Assembly: GCA_037379345.1 (NCBI GenBank)
Contig: CM074517.1
Location: 35,898,001 to 35,962,000 of the forward strand
DNA: 64,000 nt
Source: Perna viridis
Lineage: Eukaryota
Direction of reading: 5' to 3'
Shown here piece after piece: positions 1 to 9,868 of the stretch (its first letter is position 1; every line of letters begins with the position of its first letter). The notes beneath the pieces are model-generated. The model had not been told where the DNA came from. It made no database searches and saw only the letters and a list, made by a program, of their open reading frames with translations. The position numbers and the translations under genes were made by a program.

Positions 1-75
1 CCCCGACGGCCAAATGCAAACGGACGGCATTCCTATCGAGCATAGGGTAAATACAAGAATTATGTCTTTCGTACA
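1..75 (+). repeat. Left TIR (inner 75 bp visible)
   Basis: 1-75 is the reverse complement of 11868-11942 with 3 mismatches (positions 37, 65, 66). Confidence 0.96.
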
Positions 76-166
76 GAGCATAAGTCAGATCGCCCCAGAG
101 GATAGTGGGGATGTGGATAAGGACACCTTAAAGGGAAGGATGTCACAGATTGATACTAATAAAGAT

Positions 167-3100
167 ATGACATCCGAAAGAAATGTGATGGATTTCTTTC
201 TGGAGAATGAAAAAGATTTGGAGGATGGCACCCCAACTCCGCAAAGGCAGCAGCAGTGCTGCAATGCCCCCAACCTGACGCAGATGGATGAAAACACCAC
301 GCAGTGTCAAAATTGTGGTGCAGAGGTGATGAAACTGCGATTTGAGCATCAACCAGGGGAGCAGAAGACTACCTGCGGCGTCGATCTCAAGAGGAAGAAG
401 GGGCAGTTCTGCAAGATCAAGCCCGGGAAGGATGGTCTCTGCTGGAGACATAGCAGGCAACCACGTCAGCAGGAGGAGGAGGTTATCCCAGTCGAGGGTA
501 AGATGGTGGTGAAAGAGACCATGAAGGCCCTCCGTCAAATAGCTAAGAACGAGGGTCTGAGGGGGGTCAGTAGGAAGAACAAGGAGGCCTTGGTGAAGCT
601 CATCGAGGAGAAAACCACCCGTAGATTTGAACGCCAGGAAGTCTTCAGCAAGAAGCAGCTCAAAGCGCTAGCAAAGAATCGTGGTCTCACCAAGTACTCC
701 CAGCTCAAGAGAGAGGATCTGCTCCAGCTGGTGGAAGAGGACATCAAAAGTACCCCAGTCGATGATGATATTAAGGTCACCGATAGGCGTCAAGCACTGA
801 ATGGCGTATTTGGAACGGTCGTCATCGAACCCGCGAAGCCGCACGACGTGAGCACTTTTCTGATGGTACGTCGGAGCACCATCACCACCACCATCTCCGA
901 TGCGCTTGCCCAAAAAGGAGGGATTGAAGGTGAACTTAGTACTTATAACAGAGCTGGTGAGGACCAATCCCGCGACTGAAAAAAATACGTACGTCATCCC
1001 CTACTTTCGATCATCTCTTGCTACCCTCACCAAGTCATCTGACCTCGAATTGGAGATCGCTTTCATGATCGCGAAGGTCAGGGAAAGTATGGCAAGATAC
1101 ATGCGGGAAGGGAGTGGGTGGACTTTCAGCCGCGTCGAGAAGCTAGAAATTCACCTCAACCAATTCAAACCACTCAAGGGGGGTTCCTTCATTCCGACCC
1201 ATCAGCACTCGCGAAAAAGAAGGCGATCGTCAACGTGAAAAATGAGGATGATCGCTGCTTCCAGTGGGCGGTGCTGGCAGCCCTAAATCATGCAGAGGTC
1301 GATCAGAAATCAGCCAACCGCGTATCTCAGTACAAGAAATGGGAGGATGAGCTGAATTTCGAAGACATCAACTTCCCGGTCTCGCTCAAGGCGATTGATA
1401 AATTCGAGAGGCAGAATCCCACCATCAACGTCAACGTCTATGGGTTTAATGGGGTGAAGAAGGGTGAGGATGGTGAAGAGGATCTCCAGGTTTACCCACT
1501 CAAGATATCCAAGAATACGGGTCCCACCCACGTAGATCTTCTCTTCCTGACTAGCGAAGATAAGCAGCATTACTGCTGGATCAAGAGCCTCTCACGACTT
1601 TTGAGCTCCCAAATTTAAGAGCATGGTCACAAGCTCTTCTTCTGCCGCAGATGCCTCTCCCACTTTTCCAGGCAGGACATCTTGCACGAGCACATGGAGT
1701 ATTACACCCAGAAAGAGGCGGTCAGGATCGAGATGCCGGAAGAATGAGCCACCATAACCTTCCATAATCTCAAGAAGATGATGAGAGTCCCCTTCGCGAT
1801 ATACGCGGATTTCGAGTGCTCAACACCTGTCAGCCGGATCCATCACACTCCTACACAAAGGCCTATCAACTGCAGCGACCCTCGGGTTTCTGCTATTACG
1901 TGAAATACGCTCACGGCGACTACAAAGATCCAGTCGTCTACTGCGGGGAGGATGCGGCCAAGAAATTTGTGCAATGCGTAGAGGAAGAAGTGTGCACCAT
2001 CTCCAAACTATACAAGGAGAATAAGCCCATGGAGATGACCGACGACGATAAGGCGCGCTTCGAAGCAAGCACGCGCTGCCACATCTGTGGCGATGCATTG
2101 AGGGGGATAAGGTCCGGGATCACGACCATCTCACCGGGAAATATCGCGGTGCACCGCACAACCAGTGCAATCTGGATTTCCAGCTTCCGAAGCACGTCCC
2201 CATCTTCCACAATTTGAGCGGATACGACGCTCATATCTTCGTCAAGGAGCTTGGTCACACCAAGATCAACTGCATCCCTAATACCGACGAGAAGTATATC
2301 AGCTTCTCCAAGCAGGTGGACGATCTGGAGATGAGATTCGTCGATTCGTGCAGGTTTATGCTCAACAGCCTGGATGCCCTAGCTAAGAATCTCACCCCGA
2401 CCAATTCGCGACCGTGAAGGCGAGATTCGGCGATCGCCACGAGCTAATGGTTCGGAAGGGGGTATTTCCCTACGATTATATGGATGGGCCGGCCAAGCTG
2501 GAAGAGACTCAGCTCCCAACCAAAGAAGCCTTCTTCAGCACGCTCTCCGGAGAGCATATCAGTGATGAGGTTACGCACACGCTCAGAGGGTCTGGGAGAC
2601 CTTCGGGTGCAAGAACCTACGCGATTATCACGACCTCTATCTCGAGACTGACGTGCTGCTGCTGACCGACATCTTTGAGGATTTCAGGGATATCTGCTTG
2701 ACCCACTACGGACTCGATCCCGCCCACTACTTCACATCCCCGGGCTATCCTACGACGCCGCCCTCAAAACCACGGAGGTGAGATTGGAGCTGCTCTCCGA
2801 TCCGGACATGTTGATGATGCAACCAGAGGGGGTGTCGCCATGATCATCCACCGCTACGGCAAGGCCAACAACCCCTACATGACCACGTACGACGCCTCCC
2901 AGCCCACCAAGTATCTGACCTACCTCGACGCCAACAATCTCTACGGGTGGGCGATGGTGCAGTCCCTTCCTACGGGAGACTTTCAGTGGATGGAGCCGGA
3001 GGAGATCGAGAAGATCCTGGAATATCCCGACGACCACGAGTACGGTGCCATGGTGGAATGCGATCTGGAATATCCTCAAGATCTTCACGACGCCCACAAA

Positions 3101-4137
3101 GACTACCCTCTCGCGCCCGAGAACGTGGAGATCGGCAAAGTGCACAATTTCGTGCCTCACCTAGGCAAGCGTGAGAAATATACCCTTCACTAACGAAATC
3201 TCAAGATGTATCTGGAGAGGGGGATGAAGCTCACCAAAGTCCATCGCATCATCGGATTCAGCCAACCTCCACGGCTCAAGAAATACATCGATCTGAATAC
3301 CACTCTTCGCGCCCGGGCCAAGACCGACTCCGAGAAGGACTTCTTCAATCTCATGAATAATTCGGTCTTTGGCAAGACCATGGAGAATATCCGGAAGCGC
3401 GTCGACGTCAGGCTGGTCACCACCGAGAAGCAGGCCCTGAAGCTAGTGGCCAAGCCCAACTTCGATCGTCGCGTCGTCTTCACGGAGAATCTAGCAGCCG
3501 TTCATATGAAGAAGACCAAGCTGAAGTTCGATAAGCCCGTCTACCTGGGAGCGTGCATATTGGACAACTCGAAGCTCCTTATGTACGACTTCCACTACGG
3601 ATTCGTGAAGGAGATGTACTGTGATCGTGCCCGACTACTTTTCACCGACACCGATAGCTTGGCTTACGAGATCCAGACCGCCGACTTCCCCACCGGCATA
3701 TCACACCGCACGTGCAGGAAAAATTTGATACGTCCAACTACCCGGCCGAGCATCCCTCCGACATCCCCACCGGCGTGAATAAGAAGGTCATCGGAATGTT
3801 CAAGGACGAATGCGGCGGTAAGATCATGACCGAATTCGTGGGGCTCCGGGCGAAGCTCTACGCCTTCAAGATGGATGACGGTCAGACCACCAAGAAGGCG
3901 AAGGGAGTCACCAAGAGCGTCATCAAGCGTAGCATCGCCTTCGAGGATTACAAGCGATGCCTTGAGACTCAGCAGGAGATCCACCGACAGATGAGCATCC
4001 TTCGCAGCTATCTCCATCAGATCTACGCCGAGGAGATCAACAAGATCGCTCTCTCAGCCAAGGACGATAAGCGCCACATCCTCCCCGACGGTATCAGCAC
4101 CCTCGCGCATGGTCACTACCGAATCTCCCGCGACTGA
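167..4137 (+). pseudogene. polB: Protein-primed family B DNA polymerase polyprotein (leader, terminal protein, vOTU, C2H2-like finger, exonuclease with EndoVII/HNH insert, polymerase), fragmented
   Basis: Stitched ORFs show GSGW, PLKGGS, vOTU-like DDRCFQWA...HYCWI, ExoI YADFE, CHICG..RDHDHLTGKYRGAPHNQCN, FHNLSGYD, KGVFPYDY, YLDANNLYGWAM, NLMNNSVFGKTMEN (conserved Lys replaced by Asn) and FTDTDS. About 8 or more frameshifts, plus stops at 1616, 1745 and 3191. The likely start is ATG 167, not the TIR-internal ATG 14. Confidence 0.95.
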
Positions 4138-4261
4138 GGCGACCATCCCCAACCCATCCCCCCTCCACTCAGAATTTCTCGAGCCCATTAACTTAGGGAA
4201 AAATCTGCACTTGTCAGGCTCTCACGGGTGCGGGACTTCGTCGGCTTCGCCTGCCCATCCA

Positions 4262-4271
4262 TAGATAAATG
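4262..4271 (+). promoter_or_regulatory. TAGATAAATG motif overlapping the protease start
   Basis: Exact motif; recurs before the other structural genes. Confidence 0.75.
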
Positions 4272-4523
4272 AGCAGCATACGAGTGCACGGTATCCTCCT
4301 CCCCCACAAGCCCCTCTCCAACGTAGAGCTGGAAGAAGCTGCCACGGCCCTAGGCATCCCTCGATTCAGAGAAATATTCATGCGCGATGCCCTACCACCC
4401 AACCCCCATCCCGAAGAGTGCGGCATCCTGAATCACGACGATCGTCATGGTCAGGGCACGCACTGGACATGCTGGCATAAGCGTGGAGGACTCAAAGTCT
4501 ACTTCGACTCCTACGGTCCGCCG
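4269..4523 (+). pseudogene. Adenain-type cysteine protease, C-terminally deleted (catalytic Cys lost)
   Basis: PLSNxEL...CGILNHDD...GTHWTCW...YFDSYG gives the catalytic His and Asp. After 4523 the ORF runs into antisense integrase sequence and has no Q..CG motif. Confidence 0.9.
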
Positions 4524-5352
4524 GCGCAAGACTTTCTCGATGCGATAGATATCCTGGTCGGTGTGCTGGAGCTCGGGCTCATAAAAGGATCCCTTGATTT
4601 CCTCACCCTCATAATATTTGAGGCGATAGGTGGGCGGCTGCGTCGCTAGGGTCTGGGCGATGGTGAAGACTTCGTCCAGCGCGGAGTATATCCCTTCTCG
4701 AAGATACCCTTCTTCCTGGTAATCCGGACCTTATCGCCGAAGTTGAATCGCTGAGGCTGCGTGGGTGGGAGGTCTCCGTAGAGATTTCAGAAGACCTTGG
4801 ACTCGTGCTCTTTCTGGCTGGCGGCGGTAGGGGTCATCTTGATGTATCGATGCTTGGTGGTATTATACTGGCGGACGAGATCGTCCAGGACGGGAAGGTA
4901 GGCCCGCGTGGAATTGGCCGAGAAGTATTTGAACATCTTTTCCTTCATGGTACGATTCCAGCGCTCCACCACGCTCGATTTTTCCTCGTTCTCGGTGGAG
5001 TAGAGATCGACGTCATGCTTCCGGAGCAGATCCTTCACCTCACGATTGTAAAATTCGTGCCCTTATCGGTCCATAGCTTCTCGGGCGTGCAATCCTTGAA
5101 GACGGTCCGGAAGGCATCTCGTATCGTGGCGCCTTTCTTATCCTTGAGCGGTACCAACCAGCCGTACTTTGAAAAGACGTCGATGATGCTCAGGAGATAC
5201 TTGAAGCCTCGGTTATCGCGGGAAAAGGCGCTCATATCCACGAGATCGGCAGCCCAGGTCTCATCCACCCCACCTACCACCACGCGACGCTTCTGAAATT
5301 TGCGTCGGACTGGCTTATGCAGTTCTTCGGCTAGCTCGTCCGACCATTGTAC
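4518..5352 (-). pseudogene. int: Retroviral-like (rve) integrase of Polinton type, chromodomain truncated
   Basis: WSDELAEELHKPVRRKFQKRRV..WAADLVDM (D), WTDKG (D), VVERWNRT (E), GDKVRI..FEKGY, IKGSFYEPELQ, YRIEKVLRR. Frameshifts near 5055 and 4675; stop at 4787-4789. Confidence 0.93.
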
Positions 5353-5839
5353 TTTTTTTCACGCCCAGCCCAAATCGTGCTTTAGTGCTGATGATGGGTC
5401 TTACGATGCCACGCTCGAGGCGCTCGCGTGCGGTGGGATTGGGGATCGCATCAATGGACGCTAGCATCGTCTTATCGCAGATCGAATTGCGTGCGGTCGT
5501 ATCCTTATGCTCGGCATAGCATAGATCGTGACGATAGGCAGCCTGATACACTCGATTGATGGGCATTGACCAAGGTTTGGGAGTACCATCTGCATTCAAG
5601 CGCTTTTTGAGGTTGGTCCAGGGGCCGGTGAAATTATGCCCAGGAAGATTCATCTCGACAGGCATCCGATTGATCATCTTATTCATGAGTCCGGCGCCGG
5701 AAGCAGCCACGAACTGAGACTTCCTAGCCCCGCATACGGCGCATAGCCCACCCCTTTGCCGCCTCCCATTGCTGGTGGTGGTCTCATAGCGACTTTCTGT
5801 CTCGGTCGGCCGCTTGCTCTTCAAGCAATACATTCCCAT
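5315..5839 (-). CDS. Small Cys-rich Zn-finger plus parvovirus-type phospholipase A2 domain (PLA2X-like), probably fused to the integrase
   Basis: MYCLK..T..NGR..GLCAVCG.RKSQFV finger, then LPGHNFTGPWT (Ca-binding loop, GPG changed to GPW) and AAYRHDLCY (His-Asp dyad); ends FGLGVKK. Confidence 0.85.
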   Translation of the reverse strand: MGMYCLKSKRPTETESRYETTTSNGRRQRGGLCAVCGARKSQFVAASGAGLMNKMINRMPVEMNLPGHNFTGPWTNLKKRLNADGTPKPWSMPINRVYQAAYRHDLCYAEHKDTTARNSICDKTMLASIDAIPNPTARERLERGIVRPIISTKARFGLGVKKSTMVGRASRRTA

Positions 5840-5855
5840 TTTATATAGATAAATG
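5837..5855. promoter_or_regulatory. Bidirectional start/promoter element CAT-TTTATATAGATAA-ATG
   Basis: Only 13 bp separate the divergent ATGs of PLA2-integrase (5839) and the ATPase (5853). It reads TAGATAAATG on + and TATATAAAATG on -. Confidence 0.75.
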
Positions 5856-6617
5856 GACGTTGAAGACCTTACCTACGATGAACCCACCGCGAGCAGTCGG
5901 CATAACCACTTTCTCCTCTCGCAGCGATCCATCCGAGGTCTGATCATCGGGAAGTCGGACTGCGGCAAGACGACGCTGCTGAATAACCTCCTCCTGCGCG
6001 ATGGATGGCTCGACTACGATCGTCTCTACGTCTTCGGAAAATCGCTCCACCAGCCCATCTACCAGCTACTGCGGCAGGCGCTGGGAAAGGGGTTTTCGAA
6101 AGACGATATCTGCGACCTTCTTTCCATCAAGGATCGCTGCCCCTACTCTTTGGTCGACGTGGTGCAGATGATGAAGCCGCCGACTAAGCCTAGCGGTATC
6201 GAACCTTTCTTCTTTGAGCAAGCGAGCGATGTGCCGGATCCTCGAGAGCTCGATCCCACCCGCAAGAACCTCATGGTCTTCGACGACTTGATGCTGACCA
6301 AGCAGAGCAAGTGCGAAGACTACTACGTACGCGGTCGCCATAATAACGTGAACTGCTTCTACCTCTGCCAAAATTACTTCAAACTTCCGCGGCAATCGAT
6401 CCGGGAGAATGCCAACTTCATCTGCCTCTTTGAGCAGGATGCTAAAAATCGCGATCATATCCGCCGGGACCATTGCGGCGATCTCACCCCGGCTCAATTC
6501 GATGCCCTATGCGATCACTGCTGGGCCAAGCCTCACGGATTTATGACCATCGATCTCACAAGCCCCAAGACGGCTGGGAAATATCGATGCAATCTAGACG
6601 ATTTCTATCGAGTCTAA
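5853..6617 (+). CDS. A32/FtsK-HerA-like genome packaging ATPase (intact ORF)
   Basis: Walker A GKSDCGKT, Walker B LMVFDD, RGRHNN arginine motif, LCQ, IRENAN. Confidence 0.93.
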   Translation: MDVEDLTYDEPTASSRHNHFLLSQRSIRGLIIGKSDCGKTTLLNNLLLRDGWLDYDRLYVFGKSLHQPIYQLLRQALGKGFSKDDICDLLSIKDRCPYSLVDVVQMMKPPTKPSGIEPFFFEQASDVPDPRELDPTRKNLMVFDDLMLTKQSKCEDYYVRGRHNNVNCFYLCQNYFKLPRQSIRENANFICLFEQDAKNRDHIRRDHCGDLTPAQFDALCDHCWAKPHGFMTIDLTSPKTAGKYRCNLDDFYRV

Positions 6618-6625
6618 GATAAAGA

Positions 6626-7170
6626 ATGGATCACTTGCAGGAATTTTTCCTGGAGAATCAACGGGACTTGGATCGGTAGAATGCCCCCAAGCCCCCACGA
6701 CCACCCCCTGAATGCAAGCACCGGTGGGAGCGCGTGCTTATTAATGACGATATCCCGGGGTATTGCTGCAGTAGATGTGGAGCTGAAAGGTACGCTCGCC
6801 GCATCGATGATCAGGATTTCGAAGGAAGGACCTATAATTTCCAACCCTCCCGCAAACCTAAGCAGCCACCCGGACCCCGTGCTGCATCAAGACCGTCCGC
6901 GGCCATCAGTGCACGTATCCCTCCATATCGGGCAGTGATAAGTGCAAGAGGCATTTGAAGCTTTTCCCCGAGGTATGCCATCGGTGCGGCGCTAAGATTG
7001 CCCGCGGTAAGGTCTTGCACTGTATCCACGAGGGGACTATATACGTACCCAAATTTACCACCCTCTGGTCGGGCGTAAAAGTGAGGATTGTGGGAGAGTA
7101 CGATCTCCGCCCAGAGGAGGATCGGCCACGAGCCTTTCTGCTCCTCCAAATGCATGGAAAGTGCGTATGA
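6626..7170 (+). pseudogene. Multi-Zn-finger hypothetical protein, paralogous to the PolB leader
   Basis: Rebuilt as MDHLQEFFLENQRDLDR*...CKH...CSRCGAE...[frameshift near 6876] CCIKTVRGHQC...DKCKRH...CHRCG. TAG at 6677-6679. The 3' end is uncertain. Confidence 0.7.
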
Positions 7171-7249
7171 TCCGCCATCACTTCGGGAATCCACGGTTTT
7201 TGCATCCCGCTGAGGCAGGAGGCAAAAAGCATGGGAGAATGATTGATCC

Positions 7250-7339
7250 AACGCTATGGGGCGTTCGGCTGAACGCTATGGGGCGATGGGCCGAACGCTA
7301 TGGGGCGATGGGAGGCGATGGACCGATGGGACGATGGTG
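7250..7339 (+). repeat. G-rich tandem repeat: 3 x 22 bp followed by degenerate CGATGG units
   Basis: AACGCTATGGGGCG(T/A)T.... units start at 7250, 7272 and 7294. Confidence 0.9.
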
Positions 7340-7343
7340 AAAC

Positions 7344-7355
7344 TATAAATAAATG
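7344..7355 (+). promoter_or_regulatory. TATAAATAAATG motif
   Basis: Overlaps ATG 7353. Confidence 0.7.
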
Positions 7356-8197
7356 ACGTCTATCAAGATCACCGATCCCAAGCAGCGTGAGGCGCTTGCT
7401 AGGGACTTGCAGGAGACCAAGCGTAGCATCCAGGCTAGCGATATGCAGCGTCGCCTAGATAAGATCTCTCCACGATATCCAAGCCCGTGGTCGAGACGCA
7501 AAAGGAGACCGCCTCCCTGATCACCAAAAAGATCGATGATATCCCACTTGCTCTGCCCGCCCCGATGCCTGCACTTCCCCCTCCTACCTCTACCGCTGAG
7601 GACGACGACGACCCACTAGCTATCGAGCAAGCATTGAGTACCAGCCTCGGTCCGCGAGCGACGCACTATCTTCAGCTCAGTATGACTCCACAGGCCGACC
7701 ATACTTTCGGATTGCGAGTAGAAGACGGCTCCATCATGATCGGGAGTCTGCCCATCACCTTCGACGGAGACGATATCTTCATCAATGCCGAGCGCTATAA
7801 GGGTACCCCCGGCCTGTGGGAGCTTATGGTCCTGAAGCATCCCAAAGATTTCGACGTGGAGGACTTGCATACCTATGGTGATATCCTTCGAGCGTTGGGT
7901 GCCATGTATCAAGGAAACTCCGTCCTATCGAGGACCCCAAAGGCCAACAGAAGCCGCAAATGGAAGGAGATCGTATCCTACCTTTATAAGCAAGATAAGT
8001 ATAGCAGCGGGGTGCCGACCGTCTTCTTCCCCAAATGCTTCGACCAGCTGCTGGATCGTCTCGATCTTTGCGCCGCTGCCTACCAGGCTGGAAATAATGG
8101 GGTGCCCAACAAAATCGTGGCCATCCTCGACGCCATGAGGAAGTCCGGTCATATCAGCAGGGAGGAGTACGAGAAGCTGCATCGGGGCCTCCTCTAG
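7353..8197 (+). pseudogene. Conserved Polinton hypothetical protein (YxGTxGLWxL family)
   Basis: ATG 7353 gives MTSIKITDPKQREALARD..., then a frameshift near 7470 into ORF 7487-8197 with DHTFGLR, YKGTPGLWELM and the C-terminal LLDRLDL..AAYQAGNN..IVAILD domain common in Polintons. Confidence 0.8.
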
Positions 8198-8211
8198 ATA
8201 AATTTACGATG
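8195..8211 (+). promoter_or_regulatory. TAGATAAAT motif before ATG 8209
   Basis: TAGATAAATTTACGATG; the TAG is also the upstream gene's stop codon. Confidence 0.65.
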
Positions 8212-8556
8212 CCTTTAGTAGTGAATCACGGTCATCGCCGGAGATATGCCGTCGGCGGACGAGGCCTTTTCGATACCATCGCCAATCTTGCCGGACGGGT
8301 GCTTACCTCCTCCACCGCCAAGACGTTGGGTAGAAAGGCATTGAGTGCCGCTTCCAATGCAGCCCTGAAAGGTGTGGAGAAAGGTGCGTTCAAGGCCGTT
8401 GACCACGTCGTCCATCGAGTGACTCGCAAGAAAAATGCTCCCCAAGCACCATCCTCCAAGGTCAAGTGGACCTCACAGCAGCAGGTCCGTCTCAATAATC
8501 TCATCTCGGGTGGGGGCATCGCCACCATCCATGACTTCGTCCAGCGCTATAGATAA
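8209..8556 (+). CDS. Basic putative virion core / membrane-lytic protein (adenovirus pVI-like analogue)
   Basis: RRRYAVGGRG followed by the amphipathic helix LFDTIANLAGRVL; Gly-Gly candidate protease sites; lies directly upstream of MCP. Confidence 0.65.
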   Translation: MPLVVNHGHRRRYAVGGRGLFDTIANLAGRVLTSSTAKTLGRKALSAASNAALKGVEKGAFKAVDHVVHRVTRKKNAPQAPSSKVKWTSQQQVRLNNLISGGGIATIHDFVQRYR

Positions 8557-8563
8557 ATACATG
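8550..8563 (+). promoter_or_regulatory. TAGATAAAT motif before the MCP start
   Basis: TAGATAAATACATG. Confidence 0.7.
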
Positions 8564-9851
8564 ATGACCGATATGCTCACTATCACCGAAGGATTGACTT
8601 TCGACGAAAGTCTCCAGGAATATCAGGTTCACGAATACGAACCTCAAGCCGGGGCGCAGCTAAATAATGCCGGTTTCAGAGATACGCGTCAATATCGAGA
8701 CTCAAGATCTCTTCCTCCACCCCGCCGAAAGCTATATCTTGATCGAAGGCCGACTTTAGAAGAACGATGGCACCGCGTATGCCGACGGTGATCTGGTATC
8801 GCTCGTCCATAACGCCGCCATGTATCTATTTCGTAGCAACAGCTACCGACTTTCCGGGCAGCAGATCGAGCACCTGAACGATCCCGGTGTTGCCACCACC
8901 ATGCTGGGTATGCTGAAGTACCCCGACGACTTCTCCAAATCCCAAGGCCTCAACCAGCTATGGTTGAAAGACTCCACTGCCGATGCTGAGGTAGAAAACG
9001 TCGGATTCGCAGCACACCACGGATATATCATCACCAAACCAGCCAATAAGGGATCCTTCTCCTTCTCCATCCCGCTCAAGCACGTCTTTGGCTTTGCCGA
9101 GGACTACGATAAGATCGTCTACGGATTCAAGCACGAACTCTCCCTGGTGCGCGATTCGGATGAAAATGCCATCCTCCGAGCTGCCTCCGTCAACGAAGTG
9201 GCCAAGGTAATCCTGAGCAAGGTCTCCTGGTTCGTCCCCCACGTCATCCCCTCCGACGAAAAGAAGCTACGGCTCTATAAGACCATCCAGAGCAAGACCA
9301 AGATCGATTGCGGATTTGGCATGAGGCAGTGCGACTCCATCGCCGTGCCCCAAACCTCGAAATTCCACTGGCGTCGGGCCGCTAAAAGCGGACGTGAGAA
9401 ACCGCGATGGATCATCGTCGCCTTCCAGACCGATAGGGGTAATAACCAGCTGAATAATGCCGCCGTCTTCGACCACTGTCGATTGCGAAATATCCACGCG
9501 ACCCTCAATGCGGAGCGATATCCCGCCGTGGATTTCAATGCCGGCTTCACCCAGTGCAGGGTCGCCAGGGTCTATAAAGAGGCTGCTGAATTCCGCAAGA
9601 AGTTCTACAGCATGGAAAGTCTGCTGAGCAATGGTGGTATCAATCCCTCCGACTTCATCGATCTCTATCCCCTATTCGTCATCGACGTCAGCCATCAGTC
9701 CGAGCGGTTGAAAGAGTCGACGGTGGATATCCAGATCCGAGCCGATTTCGAGCAAAACGTCCCTGTCAATACCCAAGCCTTCGCCCTGGTCATCTCCGAT
9801 CGAATCCTCCAACTCGAATCCGACGGTCAGAAGATGAGCTTCGTCTTCTGA
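8561..9851 (+). pseudogene. Double jelly-roll major capsid protein (hexon-like)
   Basis: MMTDMLTI..DES..YQVHEYEP..LNNAG [frameshift near 8675] EIRVNIETQDLFLHPAESYILIEGRL* (TAG 8757-8759), then in frame with 8820-9851 (IPLKHVFGFAEDY, EKPRWIIVAFQT, FDHC, ERYP, PLFVIDVSHQ). Confidence 0.92.
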
Positions 9852-9858
9852 GGAGGGA

Positions 9859-9868
9859 TAGATAAATG
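9859..9868 (+). promoter_or_regulatory. TAGATAAATG motif at the minor capsid start
   Basis: Exact motif overlapping ATG 9866. Confidence 0.75.

Noticed and set aside
14-166. Identical N-termini MQTDGIPIEHRVNTRIM of ORFs 14-979 (+) and 11747-11929 (-)
   Set aside because: Both start inside the TIRs, so the identity follows from the inverted repeat. Better starts lie at 167 and 11865.
4524-4649. Hydrophobic C-terminal extension of the protease ORF
   Set aside because: It is antisense integrase sequence read through a deletion junction.
4805-5296. 163-aa plus-strand ORF and many other antisense ORFs within the Polinton
   Set aside because: Shadow ORFs of GC-rich coding sequence with no recognisable motifs.
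7250-7339. Possible CRISPR-like array
   Set aside because: The units are directly adjacent with no unique spacers, there are no cas genes, and the context is eukaryotic.
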